A stretch of DNA of 58,430 nt, counting the filler, from Circinaria calcarea (taxonomy: Eukaryota): assembly GCA_051942165.1 (NCBI GenBank). It is 8 parts of 8 records of this genome, joined end to end, with 100 filler letters (N's around TTAATTAATTAA, not from the genome) between each part and the next. Parts side by side here need not be neighbours in the genome. Positions count along the whole stretch, not along the records: positions 29,302 to 36,512 come from JAVECS010001384.1; positions 36,613 to 43,823 come from JAVECS010001385.1; positions 43,924 to 51,133 come from JAVECS010001386.1; 5 more parts are not named here. One strand, given 5' to 3'. This document shows positions 34,977-48,119 of this stretch, in pieces. The number at the start of each line of letters is the position of its first letter. Position 1 is the stretch's first letter. The notes below the pieces were generated by a model that searched no databases, was not told where the DNA came from, and saw nothing but the letters and a program-made list of their open reading frames with translations. The translations under genes and the position numbers were made by a program.

Positions 34977-36512
34977 TCAGGATGCCTCGGACCGAAGCGA
35001 GCTCGATTGGCTCGAGGCTGCAGGAGTCGTAGGACGATTCACCGGTTGTATAGAGCGGCCCTGCTTGGCGGAGACTTTGGTTCCGTGTGCCAGCCGTTCC
35101 GGTATCGAATTTGCAACAACACGGCCGATGCGGACTGAGCTCAGGCAAAAACAAAACTCCTCCCGGTTCTCCCGGTCGCTTCTCTGGGCCAGCTTGCAGG
35201 CGTCGTAGTTGATGCCGATGATGATGAAGGCGAAGACTCCTTGCAGGACGGCGCCTCCGGCGATCCCGGAGAAATAGACTTTCCAGGTCTCGGCTTTGAC
35301 AATCTGACCGAGGTCGAGGTCGACGTAAGCGTTCGCGGCACCGCCAGGACCGAAGTAGGCTGACCAGGACTTGCAGCTGTTGTACCAACCTAATGGAGGG
35401 AGTTTAGTAGACTCGTCTTGGTTCAGATGTCGCGGCTACAAGACTCACCGATGAATGGTAATAAGAAGAAGAGGATCACGAGGAAAGAAATCAGGGTATC
35501 TTTTGCCCATATCCAGTGGAAAAGCCTTTTTCGATTCTGGATGCGACCGGTCATACACTCCTCAAGCACGAAATTGGTTATCCAGACAACGAGATAGGCA
35601 ATCTCGGCGATGCACCGGCCACCGAGACCGACGGTTGGGGTATTCCACGACATCAGAAAGGAAATGCTGAATGCTATCAGAACGGACAAAAAGGCCAAAG
35701 CCAAAAGGAGTTTGTGGCGACCGCTCTCGTATCCGGAGGAGAACTTGTGCTTTTGGTTGATGCGCCGACCAGATCGACGCCATAGAAGCATCTTCTGCGG
35801 CCTATAAGAATATATGCCACCGTTCCAGGGCTCAATCTCTTTCCGCCCCAAGCTTTGCCAGCCAAATCGTGGATCATACCGATGCAGCTCAGCGCCCAGT
35901 GCGTGAAAGGGACTCTGGGGTGTCCACTGATGTGGCCAGCCTTCTGCTGTAGCGCTCAAAATTATTTCTAGAAGGAGAAAATAATACAACTCCCTCAGGG
36001 CTATCGTATGTGGCTGCGCGAATCCTAGCCTACTGGTACTGCTTGTTTTGAGTAGAGCCGTGAATGCTGCGCCCACGTACACGAGTACAGCAACGGTCGT
36101 ACGGAGGATATTTCTAACTCGGGCGAGCGCTAGATCGCGACTTGCATGTTTGATAGTACGAAGGATGTCGGTTCCATAAGGGCTTTGGAGGAGCTCAAAT
36201 ATCCTGTTGACCCGTTTCTCGAATGTATTATGCCCAAAGTCCTCCAAACAGTAGCAGACGTTCGCTATATCGCGCTTTGCGTTGGCCAGCTCATCTCCCT
36301 TTAAGTGGAGAACCCCAAGTTCAAGCGTACCGCAATGCTTCCTCAGTCGCCTTCCGAGATCCAATTTGCTCGCCAAACTGAAAATCGTGTCGATGGGGTT
36401 TGCGAACTGGTGAGCGAAGACGAACAATTTACCTCCAAAGGGCAACCGTAACAAGGTCGTCTCAGTGAAGTTCATGTTCGCAGCGAGTGCCAGGAACGGG
36501 ATCACCCATGTG
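34977..36512 (-). CDS. Hypothetical multi-pass membrane protein (5'-truncated by contig end); one intron near 35390-35448
   Basis: 360-aa frame with hydrophobic helices (WNTPTVGLGGR), spliced to GWYNSCKSWS... and ending at TGA 34977. Confidence 0.7.
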
Positions 36513-36612
36513 NNNNNNNNNNNNNNNNNNNNNNNNNNNNNNNNNNNNNNNNNNNNTTAATTAATTAANNNNNNNNNNNNNNNNNNNNNNNNNNNNNNNN
36601 NNNNNNNNNNNN
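36513..36612. other. Artificial contig linker
   Basis: N44-TTAATTAATTAA-N44. Confidence 0.98.
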
Positions 36613-38618
36613 ACCATAGTCGCTCGCGTAAAAAGGACCCCTAAGTTTGTGGTGAAGCCCCGAGCTAAGGGGGTTTCTAGGCCTGTTGTTAGTGGGGCAT
36701 TTACGGTCGGCAAGTAAATGGGTTATGTCCGAACTTTTTTGTCACCCGCGTGCCGGATAATTAGGTGGGAAGAAGCGTGTGATTGATTGACCTGGGGTTC
36801 CTTAGGTATGCAAACAAGGCCCACAGTCAGTTGAGTGTGGATGCATGAACCTAGTACGACTTTTGGACGCTTCCAGCTTGACATACGGATAAGCTCTGAC
36901 CAGGTGGAGAGATTGTAACACATCACTTGCCGCCCTCCCCAGCGGTTGTCTAAGAAAGTGAATCTGCAGGTTACGACGGTAACTCCCAAAGCCAATCTGG
37001 GGCCATAAAACTTGGTCATGGTTGTGGGCACAAGGGCTTGCAATTCGGAGTTCGGATGTTAGGGATCATCGTCCTGCATTATTTGCCCCTCGGCTCCAAT
37101 AATCGCATCGGAGAATTTTCGACGAATCCAAATGAGAAGTCGGAGTAGCAGCGGTGCCAAGGACCCAAGGCCACCCATCAACCCAACCGACGCACTTTGA
37201 ACCACCATAGCATAATTCGAGCCGAGCGCACGCACTCTCCAACGGCCTAAAGCGGGCATCCGGGGTTCTCGGTATTCTCACTCGTTTGCCTGGGCCCGGA
37301 AAGCGACGTCTGAGACATGCATAGCTCCGAGTCGAAGGACTTTCATGTCTGCTCGCTTGCGGCAATTGCTCGGCTGCAAAGAATCTTCGACGCTGTACGA
37401 AGCCATGATACCCTAATCGGGTCACGAGAAATGGAACTAGAGGGCTCCTCCTTCACATCCTTTGTATCCGCTTGTCTAGCGCTGCAGTGTTATCTTGCCC
37501 ATCAAGTTACTGTAGTTTCAGTGAGTGGTATTGGACACGTATTTACATAACGTGACTCGGAAGCGCGCAGGTGACAGTTGCGCTTTGACCATTTCCTACT
37601 GCAACATTATTTCTCAAAGCACACCCCAAGTCGATTTCCCACAGCTATACACTGTGGGGGTCCTCGAGAATTGGGTCATCCTGGTGTTTTGAGCCCCTGT
37701 TGTCTCGTTTCTGGGCAAACGACTGTCTCTGTTGAGTCGGCGCTCCAACCTCGTCTTCGACATTATCATTATTAAGCCGGCGAGGACGACACTACGAGAG
37801 TCTCGATCTGAAAGCAGCTGATTTAATGTATTCGCCGTGGCGACGCCAAGTACTTTATGAGACCGTTAATCTGAATTTGTTTCTATCAGGGACATCATCG
37901 TCTCTTATCTTCATTTCCACTGCTTGAAGTTGAACATCTTTGCTGATCGGCTCATCTAAGTGACCCAAGTTCTCCAAACAACGTAGTGCTTCTTATGACC
38001 TCGATCTGGTTGTGGGCAATTCACGCCTGCAAACGTATTGGATAAATTCGGAATGATCCAGAGCTCTTGCTGATCGGCCACTTGATTGAACCCTTAGCTA
38101 CGGAGAATCATATTGTACCGTATATGCTGCAGGTGTTACAACCTGATTATTACTCAACTTTGTATGGCTGACCTATGGGTGTGAAACTACCGGCATAGAT
38201 ACTACGACCTTCACAGAATCAAGACCTGAGATACGCACCGTGCATATCGGAGCTGACCCTTCTCAACGTATTGCCTGAGTATACTATATAGAAAATGGAC
38301 GATGCGGCAACCGCAGGCCAGAAGAAAGAATTTTCGGTGCTTTGATTTTTGTGCTTTGGAACGAACCCTACTTTGAGTGCGCAACAGGACAGTCATTTGA
38401 AAGCGGCGACTGAGATTCGCACTTTCCATTTATGGTTCTTGCTATGATTGACCCGAAGCTATCGCCACTGACGTTTACCGAATCTCTCAGAAGTAACGGA
38501 GGTGTTCCTGCAACAGCTGCATATCTGACCTTTTCTCGACATCCATCTATTCTAGGGAAAAGGGGGCAATCATACGCAACATTCGTGTTATAGAAAACAT
38601 TACTTTGCAAGAAAGCAG

Positions 38619-39935
38619 ATGTATCCGCGCAATGACTCGACGAAGCGACAGAACATAGCTCGATACATTCGACTTATATGGCTCGACTTGCTCTTCATCA
38701 CTTTCGCGTGTGTCCTAGCCTACGTTATATCTTTGGGGAAACCTTTTCGAATGTACACACGCGTCTTTCCCATGTGGTTTAACGACTCGACTGGACTTTG
38801 GGAAGGAGAACTCAGATACTCATATCCCCACATTCCATACGTCCTCGGTATTGTCAAAAGCGGGCTTCTCATTGGTACCGTCCCAATTGGCACAGTGATA
38901 CTGATGCAGATATGGGTACGGAGTCTACTGGACTTGAACGCAGCGATTTGGGGACTGCTGAAAGCCTTGACTTTGATGTTCGTACTGAGTTGTTCCGCCG
39001 ATTGGTCAATCATGAGGTGTATAGACAGAGGGATGAATATGTTTACTAAAACTGTCAGGGTACTCTTCCAATTCATCCTCAAGCAATACATTGGTGGCTT
39101 CCGGCCCTACTTCCTAACATTGTGCAATCCTGATACCGGGAACCTAAACCGATACCTCGAACACATACGATCCACCTACGCGACCACAGCCAACCCGTCA
39201 AAGTATACAGCTGCGGAAAGGATGACAGCCTACAATCGCGTCTTTGCTACACCAGCGGATTGCCAGGCTATAGGCGACAGAAGTGCCTTGATCCATGCCA
39301 TGCAGAGCTTCCCAAGCGGGCATTCGGGAATGGCATTCGCTGTCGGGGTCTTTTTAAGTTTGTATCTGAACGCCAAACTCAAGTCTTTTGCAGACTACCA
39401 GACGAGGTTTTGGAAAGTCTTGCTTGTGTTATTGCCCCTCATTGGTGCGATGACGGTAGCAGGTGGACTGATGGTAGATAAGGTAAGATGAGGGCATTCT
39501 ATTGGCTTCTCTCTCCCCCTCTCTCTCTCTAAACCGGCACACTAATCTCCCTTACAGAACCACCACCCAACCGACATAATCTTCGGATCCATTCTTGGCG
39601 CCCTCCTCTCCCTCCTCGCCTACCGTTCCCACTACACCTCAATCTTTTCTTATCGTACAAATCATATTCCTCTGCCGTACAGCAGGAGCCTGCACTCCGC
39701 CAATCTTCCTCTGCACCAAATCCATGAGGCCCCGGATTTCCATAGTCTGAACCAAGAACCGAGGCACACGGGGTTTTGGCGGATATTGAACAATTGGAAC
39801 GAGAGAGAGGTTGCAGTTGATTGGCCCAGGGAGGAGAAGCCGAAGGGAGGCAGGATGGGAATTGGTGGAGACGGTGGGGAGGAGTTAGGAATAGATGGCG
39901 GAGAAGGGGCGCAGGGGAGAGATGGAAGGTCTTAG
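38619..39935 (+). CDS. PAP2-superfamily lipid phosphate phosphatase; spliced
   Basis: C1 motif KQYIGGFRP, C2 SFPSGH and C3-like DK-NHHPTD, with multiple TM helices. Confidence 0.85.
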
Positions 39936-40626
39936 GGAGAGCCTTGGGGATATAAGGTTGAGGTTGGATGAGGACAGGGGGCGTTTAAGTGTTTGGAGAG
40001 GGGGTGTGAGACTCTGGTTTGGATCACCTGGTCATTGGCGCAGTTGAGACTAAGAACAGTGTTTATGAATAGAGCAGGGTACTTGTTACCTACCACCTTT
40101 TTGAGGTGAAAGCATTCTGGAGGAGTATGAATTACAACATGATCATTTGGATAGTCAATGAATACAAGAGTTGATTGCTTAAAATCTCTTGGCTTGGGGG
40201 CTTGCTTTCTTGTGTAATCTAGCTATTCTCGTCTTCTAGTGATGTAAGCTGATAGGAGCTATGCGTGCCAATATATAGGAACGATCGCCTGGTTACTCCG
40301 TATGGTCTATTTGTCTTCGTTTGCAGCAGGGAGGAGGTTGCGCTGCGGTGCCTTAACCTAGTCACTTTTTACTGTCTTGCTCCTCTACCATAGGCGGTAT
40401 TGGATATGCACCGTTCATCCTCAGAACTGCGCATAGACCTGGTCAGTATAGTAGGGTTACTTGTCCACGAACCTCCAAACTAGTCGTGCACGCAACAAGA
40501 GCTTCCTTGTGAATACCCAGCAAGGGAGCCTCACTGTTTATGATATCCTGTTATCCTTGATTGAAAAGTCGAGAGCCACACCTTGTTGCCAAGTAAAGAC
40601 CCCAATGAGCGGAATACAACAGAGCA

Positions 40627-41449
40627 ATGGCTTCACGACTCGTCTTAGTACTCGGTGACCTCTTCATCCCTGATCGAGCACCTGTCTGCCCTGTCCTGGG
40701 TCCCACTAAAAATAAACAAGGAGCTGATGAAGTGTAGGACATTCCCACAAAGGTTCGCCCCGTTTGCCCCCTTCGTCCCTCGAGAATTCACAGAACCAAC
40801 TAAACCACCTCCCCCCTTTTCACCCCTCGCAGTTCAAGAAACTCCTCACCCCCGGCAAAATCGGCCAGATCCTCTGTCTGGGAAACCTGACCTCCCCGCT
40901 GACGTACGACTACCTCCGCGCCATCGCGCCCGACCTCCAAATCGTCAAAGGCGATTTCGACGTCGAGGCGCCCAACCTTCCCCTCTCGAAAGTAGTTACC
41001 CACGGTAGCTTACGCATCGGGTTTACACATGGACATACGATTATTCCGCCCGGGGACTCGGATAGCTTGTTGATCGCGGCACGGCATATGGATGTGGATG
41101 TTTTACTATGGGGAGGCACCCACCGGTTTGAAGCGTACGAGCTCGAAGGGAAGTTTTTTGTGAATCCGGGCAGCGCGACGGGGGCAATGGGAATGGGGTG
41201 GTGGGGGGAGGAGGAGGAGGTTGTGCCGAGTTTTTGTTTGATGGATGTAGGTTCCCAGGGATATTGTTCCGATGAAGTGTCAGTGAGCGGTTCAGGTTGC
41301 TAACGAGTGGGTCTCCCTATCCATAGGTCCAAGGAGATGTCCTTGTTCTCTACGTGTACCAATTGAAGACGGACGCCAACGGCGTGGAGAATGTGGCTGT
41401 GGAAAAGGTATCGTTTCGGAAGAATGCCGGACTCACGACAGCCTCATAG
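40627..41449 (+). CDS. VPS29: Retromer subunit Vps29; spliced
   Basis: [63 protein letters not shown]...YVYQL. Confidence 0.96.
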
Positions 41450-42199
41450 AAGAATATAATCTGGTTATCGCCGTTTCTACCACTCTTGTATTAATCTCCT
41501 CGTCTGATATATTCTTGACATCCTGCCATATAGTCACCCGACCTTTCTCATATCTCGTGTCGAAGTCACGTAGTGCTGACCCAACGTTCACATCCGCCTA
41601 GATAAGGAGCTGGAAGGAGAGGGACAGAAAGTCTTCGTGGAGGAAGAGGTCGGAAAGGGGTCGGGTGGGGTTGGGGTTAAGGTGTGAGGGAAACGTGGGA
41701 TGTACATGGAGGGACATTCGGTGTTATAGATCTTTTAGATTAGGGCTTTTGGATATGATGGACCGTGAAAGTCCAGTTTCTGGAAAACTGCCAACTTAAG
41801 CGGGGAAAGCGTTTCGCTTAGAGTCATGGAAAACAGCCCTGTGGGATAAATCGTGAGATGAATCGTGGAGCTCTCTCCATCTCAACAGTTACAAACTCCA
41901 ACATGGATTTGGTTACACTCGAGTCATTGGCTTGGGAATTTCCTTGTCGTCTTCAGGTGCTTCCCCGTGCTGTCTGCACTCTATGGCACTATCGCTACGA
42001 TGCTGGATGAAGTTCGGCCTTCTCATCGGCCGATCCTAAAAGGCGAAGAGGCATTCCGTCATACTGACAGAATACCGCCCTCTCAAGTTTCTTCTGATTC
42101 GAAGAACCCCATAAAGCGTGTCGGAGGGTCCGTTGTCTTACTTTGTTTGACCACTTGTGAAAGCGTTGCGGTTGTGAAGTCGGCACTGGACTCGTGAAG

Positions 42200-43812
42200 A
42201 TGGCCTTTATGGATATTGTACACCGAATTCTGGATTACTTCCTGGGCTTTTGCAGATTGGTACGATACCAGGATACGGCCAAGGGGCGCAGGTTTAGATG
42301 CACGAGTGTACTGAAGTGTTTTTGGATAGGTGCAAAACAGGGAGGTGGGATGGAAGACTGTGAACCGCAAAGTATACCATCTCTCGTTGTGATTGGGGTC
42401 GGGATAGAGTTGGAAGCAGCTGCTGACAGAAAACCGTCAAACAGACCGGGCGGGAGATGAGGGAACAGCAGCCGTTGATGAAGAAACTCAAGATGATTGT
42501 CCTTTTCAATCCATTAACTGAGTGGAGTATGTCTTGTTCTCTCCATTCTCATTCTAGCAATTGTCGATGTCGATTCTACTGTATCGTCGACCTGTAGAGG
42601 GGCATATTCCCTCGGTTGGGGTCAGAGGATACTAGTAAAGGGGCCCTTCTTAGAACACAGACGTTATTCAATCGCTTTAACTAGGGATCCTGCTAATCTT
42701 GGGTTGATAGTCGACAACACGCACGCAATGCGGCTCTGGTTACACAAGGAAAACGTTAGTCAAGGTAAGGCGTATGCGTGTGCCTTCAGTTTCTGCTGGA
42801 TACTGATGCGTTGAGCTTAGGAGGCAAGGAAGCTACACCCAGGTCAAAGAAGCAGATTAAGCCTTTTGTCGACTTTTACCATATCAACATGAATGATTTC
42901 GAGCCTTCGGATATCAATGCCTACAATGTAAGTCTCCACAACGTGTCCATGACCTGAGAACGCCATCCTTGTCAGATTTCTACCGAACATTTGATTTCTT
43001 GCAGTAAGCTAACTTTACAGCAAAGAACTTTGAGGAATTCTTCGTTCGTCATCACACCAAAGCATCCCGGCCAATCTTTGCCCCCGATGATGCCGTACGT
43101 TGAGAACCACTCAGGTCCACTGGAACTCCACCCCCCCCCCCTGCTAACTCCACATCAAAAGACAATAGCCGTCGTCGTCGCAGACTCCCGCCTCGTCGTC
43201 TACCCTACCGTGACCGAACTCCACGCTATCTGGGTCAAGGGCAAGCACTTCACCATGGCCAACCTCCTCGCCGACAACGAATTCGCCCAAAGATTCGCCG
43301 ACGGCGCCGTGGCCAGCTTTCGTCTCTCGCCGCAAGACTACCACCGCTACCACTCTCCCGTTTCCGGGACCGTCGTGGGCTGGAAGCAAATCGACGGAGA
43401 CTATTACCAAGTCGATCCGATTGCCTTGCGTTCCGACGTCGACATCTTGACTCGGAATGCGAGATGCTGGATTTGTATCCGGAGTGAGGAGTTTGGAGAT
43501 GTAGTGTTTGTCGCCATCGGAGCGACGGATGTCGGTACGGTTGAGTAAGTCTCCACCTTTATCCCCCCCTCCCCCCCAACCAACTAATTTACCTCCCCCT
43601 ATAGAATCAACCCGAAATGGCAGCAACCAGGCCACCGGATCCACAAAGGCGACGAGGTCGGCATCTTCCAATTCGGCGGCTCCAGCATCGTCGTGGCGTT
43701 TGAGAAAGGTCGAATCGAATTCGATGAGGACCTGTTGAGTGTCAGCAAGCATGCCGTTGCCATGGATGTGGAGGTGGGCATGAGGATGGGGCGGGCGACG
43801 AAGTCGGGTTAG
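42200..43812 (+). CDS. Phosphatidylserine decarboxylase proenzyme (short Psd2-like, no C2 domain); ~7 introns
   Basis: FEEFFVR, VVADSR, FRLSPQDYHRYHSP, IGATDVG and the autocleavage motif FQFGGSS. TAG at 43810-43812. Confidence 0.9.
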
Positions 43813-43823
43813 GGGGTTAGAGG

Positions 43824-43923
43824 NNNNNNNNNNNNNNNNNNNNNNNNNNNNNNNNNNNNNNNNNNNNTTAATTAATTAANNNNNNNNNNNNNNNNNNNNN
43901 NNNNNNNNNNNNNNNNNNNNNNN
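43824..43923. other. Artificial contig linker
   Basis: N44-TTAATTAATTAA-N44. Confidence 0.98.
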
Positions 43924-43941
43924 GAGTTTGAACCTTTGACC

Positions 43942-44433
43942 ATGCCCACCTCTACTGCCTCCCTCGTCCCTGACCGACCGGCAACCGTGTACCTCCACAC
44001 TGGCATCGGCGGTGCGGGGAACTACCACAAGTTCCACCGTACACACGACTCCGAGCTCACTGCCAGCTCTTCTCGTTCTCGCCATCACCACCGTACCCTC
44101 TTCCCGCGTGCCTGGCAGTCCATCTTCGGTAGTGGCAAGGGCGGTGCGAGCAATGGACATGCCATCACCGCAACTCCAAGTCCCGGCATCGAGGAAGAGT
44201 TGACCAGAGTGAGGTCTCGAGAACAAAACTTCCCGTCCACGTGGTTTGTTGGCATTGGGGGGATCGGGAATCTCATTCGACCGAGGCAGGTGTCGAGGAA
44301 GGAAGCCTTCGACGAGGATGAAGAGGAATCAGCGTCGGAGTACAGCGAGAAGGCTTCACCCCTGGGGGCGGCGGAAACGCTGAAGAGGAAGATGAGGGGA
44401 AAGCTCATGGGAATGGCGAGGAAGGAATCGTAA
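43942..44433 (+). CDS. DUF3602-like (GRGGAGN-repeat) disordered protein
   Basis: Three G-x-GG-x-[GS]-N motifs: TGIGGAGN, SGKGGASN and VGIGGIGN. Confidence 0.7.
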   Translation: MPTSTASLVPDRPATVYLHTGIGGAGNYHKFHRTHDSELTASSSRSRHHHRTLFPRAWQSIFGSGKGGASNGHAITATPSPGIEEELTRVRSREQNFPSTWFVGIGGIGNLIRPRQVSRKEAFDEDEEESASEYSEKASPLGAAETLKRKMRGKLMGMARKES

Positions 44434-46358
44434 CGGAGCAACCATGTTAAAACGGTGTTGGGAAGATGTGCAAAGGACCAAACGTGCATGATGGAGTCAT
44501 GAGTTGGAGGGGTCAAAACTGATAGGACCAGGCTTGGTAAGGGGGTTGTTTTTTGCTGTGTCCTGGAGCATCTGCGGATATCTTGTCTCCGCTCGGTCTC
44601 GGTCTCACGGGGTCTTATGGTTTGCTGGGCTTTTTTCGCGATGAGAGAACTGATGGCTTGGCACTCATTTGAGCCGTCTACATTGCCAGCTCCAAGGCGG
44701 CAGAATGCAAGTATGACGATTGATCTCGGAGGCGGATTCGTTAGACAGAGGTCTAAATGTACGAACGCTCAATTCCTGATTGGCTTCATTAGAGATCATT
44801 GCAATAGTTGTGTAAAGATGAAAGGATCGAGTAATGTCGAATGTAACAGTCGTCCAAGACGAACGTCGCTTTAAGCTACCTGTCACAAACGTCCCCATGC
44901 ACGCTGAAGACAATATCCACACTCGATCAACGTCCATGGGTATGTGTCTTTCTCTCTCTTCCACCTAAAGCTAAACCTCCCCTTGGAACCCGTACCTGGA
45001 TGGATTGATCCAACGGGGATCCTGGCCCCAGACGGGCCCTGCTCGATTTGGTTGGTTAGTATTCCTTCTCCTGCATGACCATGGCGGAATCAATCCTCCG
45101 ATGCTAAGAATAGGGGGGCGGGGGCACCAAGCACAAAATCCCCGATAGATAAGGGGCTTCTCTTAAAACTCGAAACTGTTGCAACAAAAAGCACTTGGCT
45201 GACTGGCCACGCGGCGGGACCTGAAAGGACTAGGGCTGATAGAAAACCCCTGGTCTTAGGCAGCCCGGGGATTCAAAATCATACGCAAGGGCTTGAAAGC
45301 CCCAACGAGTGCGATGGCTTAATCTCGTTTCTTTTGGGAGCGGGATACCATTGAGCATTTTTGATAATTACATGCGCACAATACTACCGCACAACTTGTA
45401 TATGAGATACACAATTGATATCTGATGTCTGGTCCGGCGTTGAGAAAAGAGGCCATGTCTACTGAGTTCGACATGGGTAGCCCGACCGAAAGGGCTACCA
45501 GTATGTACCAATTCAAATCTGACCTCGTCAGGCCCGATACTTTCCAAATCAGAAAGGGTCACGGTAACCTTGTAAGCTGACAAGAAATCATCCAAACCGA
45601 AGAGCATGCAACAAAATTATCGTCTCAGGTACAGATTAGATTCTCAGGGTCCCCTTTGGGATATCACAAGTGAGGAGCGCAAGTTTCGCGGCTGGTCGCC
45701 GGTGAGGAAAAGTCGTGACTTAGCAACCATAGGAAAGGGGCAAGGTAAAATTTATACAAGCTTGCCCAAGTAAAGCCCCTGATATTTCCGCTTGCGGGTT
45801 TGGTGGATACGCAGTTGGCATGGGAACTCCAACGGTGGGCTTGCAGAAGCAATGTACGACGAAGAGCTTACGACCCGTAGTGCGGGGAGGGAAAGCGTGA
45901 CATGGTGTAAATAAATATGGATCTATAAATATGAATCCTCAAGTTCGGGGAGTCTGCGTCCCTTTTGATTGGCCGCTTCGTATAAGATGCGTAACCCTTT
46001 TGCTTTGCGTTGGCGTCTAATTCGTTAGCGAAATCAACGGCCATCCTGATTCATCCTACCCGAGCCTTGCGGGATTTGCGTCGACGACTTTACGACGGCT
46101 GAGGCTTATCACACCTCACGGAATGTTGAAACACCGACATGACTGTATTTCTAGGTCTATGTAGAGGGATGGCTGCCTCTTATATAAGTATCTCATGGGA
46201 CCCACCGTCGATAAGTACCTCTCCCTTGGCCTTCTTGACTCGTGTACCACTGCTTCCGACCTTGAGATTTCCACAAGTGTTTTGTCCTGTACGGCTTCAA
46301 CTATTTCAGTGCTTAACAAGTCCTTCCTTGCTGCGTCTTGGCCTGCTGTTCCTGCACC

Positions 46359-47436
46359 ATGTCTCTCTATAATGGACCCCCGACCTCTATAAACCCCGAA
46401 CTTTGCACGTTGCAGACCTGCTCCCTAGATCAAGCCAACTATGACTATATCCCAACTCTTGCCGGTAACAGTCTCTTTACTGCCATATTCGGCATATTGG
46501 TCCTCGCCCAAGTCTTCTTCGGCATTCGATATCGGACATGGGGCTTTCTGGTGGGCATGTTCTGTGGTATAACGCTGGAGATCATCGGATACATTGGACG
46601 AATCCAATCACATTTCAACCCATTCCCTCAGGATCCGTTCCTCCTGTATGTTCTTCTCCCTTCATCGTGACCGGGACTTCAAAAGCTTCAGGGAGCACGG
46701 CTAACAAGCGAAACAGATACCTGATCTGTCTGACCATCGGTCCCGCGTTCCTTAGCGGTGCCATCTATCTTTGTCTCGCTCGCATCGTTGTCGTGTATGG
46801 CGAAGGCATTTCGCGAATCCGGCCGAGGACCTACACTATTACCTTTATGACTTTTGACTTTCTCTCCCTTCTCTTACAGGCCATCGGGGGAGCTATTGCG
46901 TCGACTGCAGAGACGGAGTCGGACATCGATATAGGCATCGACATCATGATCGCCGGTCTTTCGTGGCAGGTCGTATCATTGGTGCTGTTCATCGCTCTCT
47001 GCTCAGAATTTGCTTGGAGGGTCTACAAGCGTACCGGAGGCTTAGAGCCGGCGTTCGAGTCTTTGAGGCGGACCCGGGGTTTCAAGGCATTTTTATTGGG
47101 TAAGCTTAGCTGTTCCACCTCTACTTGATGGACACGCTGACATTTTTGTCTTCGATAGCCCTAGGACTTGCCACTATCTTCGTTCTCATCCGGTCCTCTT
47201 TCCGTGTAGCAGAACTTAGCCAAGGCTTCGACGGCGAATTAGCCAATAATGAAGTTAGCTTCATGATACTCGAAGGCACCATGATCATCCTTGCCTGCAC
47301 TGCCTTGACCGTCTTCCATCCCGGACCCTCATTTGCAGGTATGTGGGGACAGGCGAATTTCAGGTTAGGGCCAAAGAAGAGCAAAGGTATATCAGTAGAT
47401 GGTTCGATAGAGGAGGCTCACCAACAAGAAAAGTAG
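46359..47436 (+). CDS. RTA1/RSB1-like lipid-translocating exporter; two introns
   Basis: CTLQTC...[53 protein letters not shown] and FHPG. Confidence 0.92.
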
Positions 47437-48119
47437 TGGCAACAGGGTTAGGAGAGTGCTTGACAGTGCGGTCGAAAGTATGCTTCGAAGCGGGAGAATA
47501 TTATCATTTGGGATTCTTTGGGCGAATTTGATTATTTTTTAACATTCATAGTAGCTCTCCGGGAATCCGTGGTGCATTTCAGACGGGGTAGAGAAACCTT
47601 ACCGTATATAACGGAATGAATAGAAGATCTTATCCTTTGCTAAGCATTCCTATGCATTATCGACAAACCAGTCATATTACATTAGTCCAACTCGGTGAAT
47701 TCTCATTTTGATCATCCGCCAAAAACCAGATGGACACCCTGGACGTTCAGCCAAACTTGAAGGTGTGCGATTTCGTTCGAGTATATCGATTCGACAGTGA
47801 CACTGGAGATAGCCGTGACTGCATTATATAAGGCAGGAAAGTTGGAAAAATATCCCCCCTGGTGACAGATGCGGGGAGTATATCGAAAAATTTCCTAATC
47901 GAGGGCTTTCATCGTTGCATGTCAACCAAGAGCCAATGGGTACGAGGCTCGGACTTTTATCGGGGAGATAACGTCATGCGGAATCCAGCGCGTCGATAAA
48001 CAATCGCGTCGTTCCGATGCGTCTGTTTATTTATCCGAGCTCCGACAATTACTCTGTAGATACAATCACAACCTCAGTCAATCTCGAAGACGAAGCCACA
48101 GCTTGTTCATACATACACT

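Noticed and set aside
36613..38600. Short ORFs upstream of the PAP2 gene
   Set aside because: No recognisable domain or consistent exon chain could be assembled.
29720..43812. Apparent endosomal trafficking cluster (VPS52, VPS29, PSD)
   Set aside because: VPS52 is on a different contig from VPS29/PSD, so the adjacency is a concatenation artefact.
43806..43823. Telomere-like GGGTTAGGGGGTTAGAGG at a contig end
   Set aside because: Only two degenerate units, overlapping the PSD stop codon within a G-rich skew tract.
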